From: Hypanus sabinus | Taxonomy: Eukaryota | NCBI RefSeq assembly: GCF_030144855.1 | Contig: NC_082709.1 | Coordinates: forward strand, 80,476,001 to 80,540,000 | DNA: 64,000 bases | Reading direction: 5' to 3' | In this document: positions 49,701 through 61,880 of the stretch, piece after piece | Numbering within the stretch: position 1 is the stretch's first letter | How the letters are laid out: each line of letters starts with the position of its first letter | Translations under genes and position numbers: made by a program | The notes under the pieces: model-generated | Database searches by the model: none | The model's input: only the letters and a program-made list of their open reading frames with translations | Told to the model about the DNA's origin: nothing

Positions 49701-52223
49701 ATTAGACCATTTGGCCCATCTAGTCTGCTAGTAGCCAGGCAGCAGCTAACAAATGGACTTAGGAGAGCTAGAACTGGACATGAAAAGGCCATCACACATC
49801 GAATTAAGGAAATCCCCAAGGCAGAACAGTGGATGTAGTCTTATGGATTTTAGTAACGCATTTGACATGTTCCTCATGGTAAGCTCATTCAAAAAGTAAA
49901 GAGGCATTGAATTCAGGGAAACGTGTCTACGTGGATTCAGAGTTGGCTAGCCCACAGAAGGCAGAAGGTGGTAGCACACGGAACACATTCTGACTTGAAG
50001 TCTTCTCGCTCGTGGTGTTTGCAAAAATCTGTCCTGAAACTCTTCTCTTTGTAATATTTTTTAAATGACTTAGATCAGGAAGCGGAAGGGAGAGTTAGTA
50101 AGTTTGCAGATAACACAAAGATTGATGCTGTTATCCATAGAATAGAGGATTGATTTCGGTTAAAATGGGACATTCATGAAATGCAGAGCTGGGCTGGAAA
50201 ATGGCAGGTGGTGTTCAATTTAGAAAAGTATCAAGTTTTTCTCTTTGGAAGGTCAAAATTGAAGGCAGAATATACAGAGTTAATGGCAGGGATCTTAAGT
50301 GGAGGAAAAGAGGGATCTTGAAGTCCATGTCCATGGATCCCTTAAATTTGCTGAGGAAGTTGACAGGATGATTAAGAAGACATCTGGAGTTACTCATAGG
50401 ATTGAGTGTAAGAGCTGTTAGGTAATGTTGCAGTTCTATGTTCTATGTTTCTATAACTCTTCTATAAAACTCAGGTTAGACCACACTTGGAGTATTGTGT
50501 TCAGTTTTGTTCACTTCAATATAGGAAGTACATGGCTTTACAGAGGGTGCAGAGGAGACTTACCATGATGCTGATCAGATTAGAGGACATGTGTCATGAG
50601 GATAAATTGGGTTTTTCTCTTTGGAGAGAAGGAAAATGAGAGGTGACTTGATTGAGGTGTACAAGATGATAACAGGCAAAGGTAGAGTGGGCAACAGAGA
50701 CTTTTTCCCAGGATGAAAATGGCTAATAAAAGGAGCATAACTTTCAGGCGTTTGGAGGAATGTATGGGCAGGCAGTGTCAGAGGTAGGTCTTTTACACAG
50801 AGAACAGTGGATGCATAGAACGTCTTGCCAGGGTGGTGGTCGAGGCAAATACATTTGGGACATTATTGGGACTCTGAGATAGACATATGCAAGAAAGGAA
50901 CACGGAGGACTATGAGGGAGGGATGGGTTAGAATGATATTAGAATAGACATTGTGCATGTACTGTGCTGCATTGTTCTCATGCTCATTCACCATTAGCTG
51001 CTCAGTATCTTTGGCAATTGAAGCAATCATATACTCCTTAAATGTTGTGAAAATTTCTGCCCTCAATATCTTCACAGACACTGGGTTCCAAATTTCAAGC
51101 ATACCCTGGAGGAACATTTTTATCATGTCCCATCCAAACCTCTTACTTTTTTGTCTTAAATCCATGTAGACACCTCAGCTGTGGGGAAAAATAATGCAAT
51201 ACATTCTAATTCCACCACACATAATTTGATGCACCTCTATTCCCCCCCCCCCCCACACACACACACACACAGAACCTTCGTCTCCTTGATCCCAGTGGGC
51301 CAACTAAGCTGAACAATCATTTAACCAGGTTGGAGGGGGCACTTAATCTTGGGTGTCAGATTATTAGGATGGTGCAGTTGATTTCATCACCCGTGGTGGA
51401 CACGGTTTTTCTGTTGATTCGAGGAGATTTTGAGGGGATAAGAAGATTTACAGCAGATGGTCAGAAGGGATAAATGCAGTGGGTAGTTGAAACGATCAGA
51501 CAGCCTGATCAGGGGGCGCAGGGAGAAGGAGTGAGAGTAACAAGCAGAAGGTCGCAGAGAGCGGCATGTTTAGTGTTAGAGCATGTGAGATGAGGAGAGG
51601 GTGTTAGATACACAGTGTGGGCCACCAGTGAGTGGGACACAGGAGGAGATCGACAGGGTGTGAAGGCTGCAGTCAGATATATTCCCTTTGAATGTTTTCC
51701 TTAGGATCCGAGCTGGAGTGACAGAAAATGCCAATGACATGGAGAGAAAGCATTGACATTCTGTAATAGTTTATTCACCTGTTCAATTTCAAGTCAGATT
51801 CTTAGCATCACAAAAATATCTCGAATAATTTACGTTAAAGTAAAATGCAGAGATTACTCACAGGAACCTCCGCCGAAAGTTTCACCAGCTCCAAGGGCTT
51901 GGTTTTCAACGACAGCCTCTCAGTCACACAGTGTCGAGGGAGGCGGCCACCCTGAGACAGAAGATATCAACGTTACTGACAATCCCCACACACAGAAACA
52001 CCGGACAACAGACTCTTTGAAATCACCTGATTGGTAACAGCAAACAGCCGGGGACTGTCAGGACCGGTCTCTGGGAGCGGGTTCAACTCACCATTTCATT
52101 TAGCTCGCCCAGAGTCTCTCTGTTGAGAACTTGCAGTAACTGTAACCTCTCACAGCCCAGGGTCAGGGTCACGGTCAACAACAGCCACACACTGCAAACT
52201 CTCCAAACACGGCCCAATGCCAT
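46761..52223 (-). CDS. IFN: Type I interferon, copy F (complete, 186 aa). Exons 52223-52092, 51951-51862, 47213-46974, 46859-46761
   Basis: Same structure. The protein reads identical to copies C and G (R90, A139, N183). Confidence 0.92.
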
Positions 52224-52407
52224 CTTCACCCGACACTGAATACAGCACCGATCTGAGACCAGAATCAGCTCCGAAAACGGGTCTTGTTCGCCGAATGGAA
52301 CTCTCGATATGGAAATGCCACGGCTTGTGATCCGGGAGCGAACGCTGGTGCTGCCGAGACCCGTGTCTGGGGATCCTGTTCTGAGCTCTCTCTGCCATGC
52401 TGCCGGA

Positions 52408-52552
52408 TTTTATATGTGAAAATCCGAAAATAGGTTTCATTCGAAAAGTGAAATGACCGGGATATTTGGGAGCCTGTCGGGAGAGAGCGGTCTCCGCTCT
52501 GAAGTAAGGAATCTGAAAGCTGGAGAGTCCAGCTGCAGCGACGGGAAAATCC
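52408..52552 (-). promoter_or_regulatory. IFN proximal promoter, copy F
   Basis: Same TATA, IRF and kB-like motifs. Confidence 0.7.
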
Positions 52553-55500
52553 GCCAGCGGGGAGAGCAACAGCGCTCAGGCTCTTGGTGCGTTCGTTCAG
52601 TTCGGGGGTCCAAGGTGTTGTGGAGGGTGGGTCGAGTTTGGCAAGGGACGTGCTGGGGTGAGGACGTGACTGTGTCGGTGCATCCGTCGGGGCTGCATGT
52701 TATCAGGGTTACCGTAACACTGCATCTGTCAGCGCTGATCTTCTCTGTTACATCCAACTGCAGTGGTGCCATATCGCAGGGTGGTCAGTGCAGAGCGCCC
52801 GGGCCACGTCCTTCTGCTGGCGACTGTGCTCGCTATGAAGATGGTATGGTGTCTGGGTTCTTTACAGAAGACACTTCGGCGTTTCTTTCGTCTCCGGATC
52901 GCAAGGCGATTCCGATGCCTGCTCTCTCTGCGGGATAGTCTCCAGCTCAGCTTGCCGCTGGGAAGTGGCTGCGCGGCAAATTCACCCGAAACGAAAGCGT
53001 CCCAGGGTAAAAGTGACGGTTCGTCCTTTCCGAAAGTGGGCGTGTTTATCAACAGGAGTGGAACGCCAATAAAACTGCAGAAGCCATGACATCTACTTCC
53101 TGATTAAGTGCTGGAGTCCTCGGAGCAGGGGGTTCTCTCTCATTCCTATGGTTTTCGTCACTATCTAGCGCGGGAGTTCTCTGATATTACACTGGTTGAA
53201 GTATACATTCCCAGTGCCCCAGGAAAGCAACATCCATTATAAACGTTCCCACGAGGCAGAAACTAGAGGGGCCAGAAGACTCACATCTCAAAGCTCTTCA
53301 GCAGCTTCTTCCCCACCGTCTCGGGGTCCTGTTCCGACCTGAAATACCCTAACACGACCCTGGATCAACTTGCACAACTTACTTGTGTAGTTATGTCTAC
53401 TTTTCTTATTTCGTAACTTGTGTATAATTTATGTTCCTGTAAGTTTACAGAACATAGAACAGTACAGCACAGGAACAGGCCCTTCGGCCCACAATGTTGT
53501 ATCGAGGCAGCTTAAAAATAATTTAAAAACGAATCCCTCCTACCTCCATCTTCCTCATATCCACGTCCATGTGCTTATCTGAACGTCTCTTTAAAAGCCT
53601 CTACTACCAAACATTCCACATTCCAGGCATTTACCACTTCCTAAGTAAAAAAACTTACCTCTCGATTCCCCTTTGAACTTGCCCCGACCCACCTTCAATG
53701 CATGCCCTCTGGTATTAGATATTTCTACCCTGGGAGAAAAAAGATACTCCCTGTCTACTCTACCTATGCATCTCATCATCATATAACCATATAACAATCA
53801 CAGCACGGAAACAGGCCATCCTGGCCCTTCTAGTCTGTGCCGAACGCTTACTCTCACCCAGTCCCACTGGCCCGCACTCAGCCCATTACCCTCCATTCCT
53901 TTCCTGTCCATATACCTATCCAATTTTACTTTAAATGACAATACCGAACCTGCCTCTACCACTTCTACTGGAAGCTCATTCCACACAGCTACCACTCTCT
54001 GAGTAAAGAATATAAAACCCAATCAGCTCTCTCTCCCACCCTATGCTGCTCCAAAGCAAGCAATCCAAATCTGTTCAGCCTCTCGTGATAGCACATGCCC
54101 TCTAAACCAGGCAACATCCTGGTAAACCTCTTCTGCACCCTCTCGAAAGCTTCAACATCCTTCCTATAGTGGAGCGACAAGAACTATATGCAAACCACCA
54201 GAGGTGGCCTAGCAAGAGTCTATAAAGTTGCAACATAACCTCTTGACCTTTGAACTCAATGCCACGACTGATAAAAACAAGTACTGTATCCCATAAGCCT
54301 TCTTAACCACCTTATCGACCTGTGTCCCATTCTTGCCTGCACTACCTTGGAGGTCCTTCTCCTCAGCCTCTTTCCTAACTCTATATACTCACTGTACAGG
54401 ACTTTGTTTTTGTAAATTACGTTTGCTAACTTCTGTTAGTAATGTTTATAATATGCTGTGCTGTTCTTGCAAACAAAAAGCTAATTTTCATGGCATTTAT
54501 AACCTGGGCACTGATGCTTCTGACAATAAACTTAAATTTAGAATTTATGATCCTGGATTCTAAAAGTTCTCAATCCCAGTCCCATTCTGACCTGACTGCA
54601 GCCTCCTCCACTGCCACAGTGAGCCCGATATTAGCAAGAAGAGCCGTACGTTACCCTCCCTGACAGTGCTACTGCATGTGGCTTCTGCTTTTACAAAATA
54701 GGCCTGTGTTACACGTTCACTTCGGATTCAACACTTCCTCATTCGAAGGGAGAATATGAAGATGAAAACCAAGAACGTAAATCCAAGTATCATACAGGGA
54801 AGATAAAAATCAAGTCAAATCACTGTGAAGTGTACTCATATGCTGAGTGTGACATTGCAAGGGATAGAATAAAGCGGGGGAAGTACCTTTAACAAGATGT
54901 GAGAAGACGAAATGTTATATTCTGTGAGGAGGATCAGCGTGCACAAAATTTGTATTCCAAAAATGTGAAATATTCAGAATAATTAACATGTAGAAACATC
55001 TTCAATGATTTTTTTATTAAATGTAGAAATATATTATCCATTGCAATTCTCACAATAATAATAAATTAAAACTTTTGAGATACATGTACATACTTTTAAA
55101 AATGATCAGAATAAATACAGTATAAATAAATTAAGTTAAATATATCTTCTAACCATTGGAAGAACAATCACATTATGCTCACTGAAGGTCAGTGATGAAA
55201 TCAAGAGGAATGGTTTTGCAAACCACAACCTGTGCACTAAGTGTAGGTCAGAACATTCCCAATGCATATTCCCATTGCAAAAATGACAATTAGAGGAATA
55301 ATTTTTGGGAAAACGAACGGAACTTTAAACAATTTTCCTTTGAAAAGGGGCTGAAACCTACAACTCTCAGATTAAACTGATAACACTAGAGGATGCTGGA
55401 CAGAAGAAATTGCAAAATTTCATTTGCATGAACTTATGAGAAACAAAATTCCACCCAGGATTAATTTTAGGTAGGGAACTAAAATGATGTAAACCATAAC

Positions 55501-56080
55501 AGAGATAAGATGCAGAATGGCAGATAGAGTACGAAGCTGTCCACTGTGCACCTTTTCCAGGAATGGATCATTGTGTTACAGTAGCTGCCTGTCTTGATAT
55601 GAATGGACAAGAATAGGATCATTCAGCAAATTCACATGTCATCACTGAGTAATACTACAAAAATAAATTAATTAATAAATAATACAATAAATTAATACAA
55701 CACTGGATATGGAGAAAGACCCAGACATTATTCCTTCCACATCACTTGCCAAATGAAAATGTGTGATTCATATAGTTATATAATAAATAGTAAAAACAGA
55801 AAATACTGCAAACATGCACAGCTCAGACAACTGCTGAGAGGAGTGAACAACAGTTAGTGTTTCAAGTTTATGAGCATTGACTCGAGGAATTAACTCAGGT
55901 TTCTTCTGCACATGCACTGATTATTTGCACCAGTTGGCGTTTCCATTAACATTTCTAGCATTTAGTTTAATTTATTTTTGAATGTAATATCAGTCTGTTC
56001 AGATATACTTTTCCTTGAAATTTATTTTAAATAAATAGTCATAAATCTTGATCCCTCATGAAATTGACTCTGGAAAATCT

Positions 56081-59000
56081 TCAGTGATCTCTGTTGATTT
56101 TTGCCATAATGAGAAGGAGCTGTTTCAAATGCGTCATGGTCTCAGTGCGGGTTATCTCCCAGGCACAGTTGCTGAATCCCTAAAAGGGAGGAAAAAAAGG
56201 CAAATGTACTCAATAGTGAAAAATTAGATAATGAACAAGTATCAAGTAGATAAATCAGTGTATTGGCAGGCACATGTTTAAATATCAATGTACCTTCTGT
56301 TTCAGAAACTCTCTCAATTTCTGAAAGTATTTAAGAATTGCGGCATTCTTCCTTGGTCTGGTCTCTGAGCCTGGTTTCCGGACACACACATCCAGCTCTC
56401 TGAGCTGCCGATCCAACAGAAGCCGAAGGAGTTCCACTGAGCTCTGGACCCAGCTGACTGAGCTCAGGTTCATACTGTAGATCCTGCGGAGGTGATGCAG
56501 GGTCTGATGGACAATCTGGATCCTTTCCTGGGCCTGTGCAAAACACACATGGGGACATTAGTAGGGCCGTGGTCTCACAAACGTTTAGAATTAGAACAGA
56601 GTGTTTATGAGTCTTAGTACAAGACAAAATCAAACATCAACTTAAAATATACAGACCGCAAATGGAGGGCTACTAACAACTGTGAATTGAAGGCCACATC
56701 ATTGGCAGTTTCCGTCTACAGCTAGAGATTTCAACAGGGAATGAGCAATGAACCACCCGGATGAAGAACAAGACGCTTGACTGAATGAGGGAATGGCATC
56801 GATGCCACAGGATGCTACTTACACAGAGACAAGAGTCTGCTCTCCTTTCACCAGAAATAGCGAGGGGGAGATTTTATAGACATCGACAATCTCACAAAGA
56901 GGGGAATCAAGGAGGCGAAACAGACAGTCTTCCGAATGGGTTGTTAAAAAGATTAAACAGTAATTTATAAAGACAGTGGCATAAACAGTTGCATGTTAAC
57001 TTTGCAAACACGAGGAAAGCTGCAGATGCTGGAAATTCAAGCAACACACAAAAAATGCTGGTAGAACACAGCAGGCCAGGCAGCATCTATAGGGAGGAGC
57101 ACTGTCGACGTTTCGGGCCGAGACCCTTTGTCAGGACTAACTGAAAGGAAAGATAGTAAGAGATTTGAAAGTGGGAGGGGGAGGGGGAGATCCGAAATGA
57201 TAGTAGAAGTCCAGAGGGGGTGGGGTGAAGCTAAGAGCTGGAAAGGTGATTGGCAAAAGGGATACAGGGCTGGAGAAGGGAAAGGATCATGGGACGGGAG
57301 GCCTAGGCAGAAAGAAAGGGGGAGGGGGGGAGCACCAGAGGGAGATGGTGAACAGGCAAAGAGTGATGGGCAGAGCCAGAAAGAAAGAGGGGGGAATAAA
57401 TAAATCAAGGATGGTGTAAGAAAGGGAGGAGGGGCATTAACGGAAGTTAGAGAAATCAATGTTCATGCCATCAGGTTGGAGGCTACCCAGCTGGTATATA
57501 ATGTGTTGTTCCTCCAACCTGAGTTTGGCTTCATTTTGACAATAGACGAGGTCATGGGTAGATTTATCAGAATGGGAATGGGACATGGAATTAAAATGTG
57601 TGGCCACAGGGAGATGCTGCTTACTCTGCACCTACACACCTATGCTCTGTCCACCAGAGAAAGCAGGATCTCCCAGTAGCCACACATTTTAGGTGAACTG
57701 GTTAGGGGAATCGATGACAGGTGACTATGGGAATGGGAACTTTTTAGGGGTGTCTTGTAATGTGAGCTGAGGTGTCCCATGTCTGCACCCTGTGGTACCT
57801 GATGCCCAATGGCCATCACACATTTTTAAGATAAGCAGATCATAGGCATCTTCTACACTTCAAAACTTGAGTAGAGGCAAATAAAAGTCACAGAAAAAAA
57901 GGTGCTGGGGTCTTCTCAGTCCATACCACCCATCAAGCAGCCACCTAAAGAAATCTCTTTCAGAGTGATTGGGGCAGTGGTAGTAGAAGCGAGATGCAGC
58001 CTGGAGAGAAACTGCGAGGAAGGAGAGGCAGTGGAACAGCATAAAGGCAGTCAGTTATATGGTGTGAAATATGTCTATTTTAGTACAAGTAATGTCAGGA
58101 ACAAGGGTGATGAAGTTAGAGCATAGGTCAGTACATGGAAGTTCAATGTTGTGGCCATTACAGAGACTTGCCTGTCAGAAGGGCAAGAATTTTCTGTTGC
58201 ATTTTCTGGGGTTTAGATTTTTCAAAAGGGACAGGGAGAGAGGGGAAATGGTGGGGGAGTGGGATTGCTAATCTGGGATGGTATCGCAGGGCATCCTTGA
58301 GGGATCGTCTACTGAGTCAGTGTTGATGGAAGTCAGAAACAGCAAGGGAGCAGTCACTCTATTGAATGTTTTCTGTCCATCCCCCTACAGTATCCGAGAT
58401 ACTGAGCTGCAGATTGGGAGGCAGATTTTGGAAAGATACAGGGTTGTGGTCATGGGTGACTTCAAGTTCTCTAATATTGATTGTCAGCTCCTCAGTGCAA
58501 AAAGTTTAGATGGGACAGAACACGTTAGGTGTGTACTGGAAGGATTCCTGACACAGTGTGCAGACAGGCCAACTAGAGGAGAGGTCACATTAAGACTGGT
58601 TCTAGCCAATGAACGTGGTCAGGTGACATATCTTTTTTAGATGAGCATTTTGGAGACAGTGACTACAACTCCCACATCTTTACCATAGCCTTTTAGAAGG
58701 ATAGGAGCAAACAGTATGATAAATTATTTAATTGGAGGCAGGTGAATTATGATGCTATTAGATAGGAACGAGAGCATAAATTGGGAACAGATGCACTCAG
58801 AGAAATGCACCATGGAAATGTGAAGGCTGTAGTACTTGCATGTGATTCTGGATAGGTTTACCCTATAAAGGCAAGGAAAGGATGGTAGGGTGAAGGAATC
58901 ACGGTTGACAAGAGAAGTGGAACACCTAGTTTAGAGGAAGAAAGAAACATACCTAACATTTAGTAAGACAAGATCAGACTCTTGAGAGTTACAAGGTAGG

Positions 59001-61551
59001 CTATAACACATAGGAGCATAATTAGACCATTTGGCCCATCTAGTCTGCTAGTAGCCAGGCAGCAGCTAACAAATGGACTTAGGAGAGCTAGAACTGGACA
59101 TGAAAAGGCCATCACACATCGAATTAAGGAAATCCCCAAGGCAGAACAGTGGATGTAGTCTTATGGATTTTAGTAACGCATTTGACATGTTCCTCATGGT
59201 AAGCTCATTCAAAAAGTAAAGAGGCATTGAATTCAGGGAAACGTGTCTACGTGGATTCAGAGTTGGCTAGCCCACAGAAGGCAGAAGGTGGTAGCACACG
59301 GAACACATTCTGACTTGAAGTCTTCTCGCTCGTGGTGTTTGCAAAAATCTGTCCTGAAACTCTTCTCTTTGTAATATTTTTTAAATGACTTAGATCAGGA
59401 AGCGGAAGGGAGAGTTAGTAAGTTTGCAGATAACACAAAGATTGATGCTGTTATCCATAGAATAGAGGATTGATTTCGGTTAAAATGGGACATTCATGAA
59501 ATGCAGAGCTGGGCTGGAAAATGGCAGATGGTGTTCAATTTAGAAAAGTATCAAGTTTTTCTCTTTGGAAGGTCAAAATTGAAGGCAGAATATACAGAGT
59601 TAATGGCAGGGATCTTAAGTGGAGGAAAAGAGGGATCTTGAAGTCCATGTCCATGGATCCCTTAAATTTGCTGAGGAAGTTGACAGGATGATTAAGAAGA
59701 CATCTGGAGTTACTCATAGGATTGAGTGTAAGAGCTGTTAGGTAATGTTGCAGTTCTATGTTCTATGTTTCTATAACTCTTCTATAAAACTCAGGTTAGA
59801 CCACACTTGGAGTATTGTGTTCAGTTTTGTTCACTTCAATATAGGAAGTACATGGCTTTACAGAGGGTGCAGAGGAGACTTACCATGATGCTGATCAGAT
59901 TAGAGGACATGTGTCATGAGGATAAATTGGGTTTTTCTCTTTGGAGAGAAGGAAAATGAGAGGTGACTTGATTGAGGTGTACAAGATGATAACAGGCAAA
60001 GGTAGAGTGGGCAACAGAGACTTTTTCCCAGGATGAAAATGGCTAATAAAAGGAGCATAACTTTCAGGCGTTTGGAGGAATGTATGGGCAGGCAGTGTCA
60101 GAGGTAGGTCTTTTACACAGAGAACAGTGGATGCATAGAACGTCTTGCCAGGGTGGTGGTCGAGGCAAATACATTTGGGACATTATTGGGACTCTTAGAT
60201 AGACATATGCAAGAAAGGAACAGGGAGGACTATGAGGGAGGGATGGGTTAGAATGATATTAGAATAGACATTGTGCATGTACTGTGCTGCATTGTTCTCA
60301 TGCTCATTCACCATTAGCTGCTCAGTGGTGTTGGCAATCGAAGCAATCATATACTCCTTAAATGTTGTGAAAATTTCTGCCCTCAATATCTTCACAGACG
60401 CTGGGTTCCAAATTTCAAGCATACGCTGGAGGAACATTTTTCTAATGTCCCATCCAAACCTCTTACTTTTTTGACTTAAATCAATGTAGACACCTCAGCT
60501 GTGGGGAAAAATAATGCAATACATTCTAATTCCACCACACATAATTTGATGCATCTCTATTCCCCCCCCCCCCCACACACACACACACACACACACACAG
60601 AACCTTCGTCTCCTTGATCCCAGTGGGCCAACTAAGCTGAACAATCATTTAACCAGGTTGGAGGGGGCACTTAATCTTGGGTGTCAGACTATTAGGATGG
60701 TGCAGTTGATTTCATCACCCGTGGTGGACACCGTTTTTCTGTTGATTCGAGGAGATTTTGAGGGGATAAGAAGATTTACAGCAGATGGTCAGAAGGGATA
60801 AATGCAGTGGGTAGTTGAAACGATCAGACAGCCTGATCAGGGGGCGCAGGGAGAAGGAGTGAGAGTAACAAGCAGAAGGTCGCAGAGAGCGGCATGTTTA
60901 GTGTTAGAGCATGTGAGATGAGGAGAGGGTGTTAGATACACAGTGTGGGCCACCAGTGAGTGGGGCACAGGAGGAGATCGACAGGGTGTTAAGGCTGCAG
61001 TCAGATATATTCCCTTTGAATGTTTTCCTTAGGATCCGAGCTGGAGTGACAGAAAATGCCAATGACATGGAAAGAAAGCATTGACATTCTGTAATAGTTT
61101 ATTAACCTGTTCAATTTCAAGTCAGATTCTTAAAATCACAAAAATATCTCGAATAATTTACGTTAAAGTAAAATGCAGGGATTACTCACAGGAACCTCCG
61201 CCGAAAGTTTCACCAGCTCCAAGGGCTTGGTTTTCAACGACAGCCTCTCAGTCACACAGTGTCGAGGGAGGCGGCCACCCTGAGACAGAAGATATCAACG
61301 TTACTGACAATCCCCACACACAGAAACACCGGACAACAGACTCTTTGAAATCACCTGATTGGTAACAGCAAACAGCCGGGGACTGTCAGGACCGGTCTCT
61401 GGGAGCGGGTTCAACTCACCATTTCATTCAGCTCGCCCAGAGTCTCTCTGTTGAGAACTTGCAGTAACTGTAACCTCTCACAGCCCAGGGTCAGGGTCAC
61501 GGTCAACAACAGCCACACACTGCAAACTCTCCAAACACGGCCCAATGCCAT
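56081..61551 (-). CDS. IFN: Type I interferon, copy G (complete, 186 aa). Exons 61551-61420, 61279-61190, 56533-56294, 56179-56081
   Basis: Same structure. The protein reads identical to copies C and F. Confidence 0.92.
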
Positions 61552-61735
61552 CTTCACCCGACACTGAATACAGCACCGATCTGAGACCAGAATCAGCTCC
61601 GAAAACGGGTCTTGTTCGCCGAATGGAACTCTCGATATGGAAATGCCACGGCTTGTGATCCGGGAGCGAACGCTGGTGCTGCCGAGACCCGTGTATGGGG
61701 ATCCTGTTCTGAGCTCTCTCTGCCATGCTGCCGGA

Positions 61736-61880
61736 TTTTATAGGTGAAAATCCGAAAATAGGTTTCATTCGAAAAGTGAAATGACCGGGATATTTGGGAG
61801 CCTGTCGGGAGAGAGCGGTCTCCGCTCTGAAGTAAGGAATCTGAAAGCTGGAGAGTCCAGCTGCAGCGACGGGAAAATCC
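61736..61880 (-). promoter_or_regulatory. IFN proximal promoter, copy G
   Basis: Same TATA, IRF and kB-like motifs. Confidence 0.7.
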
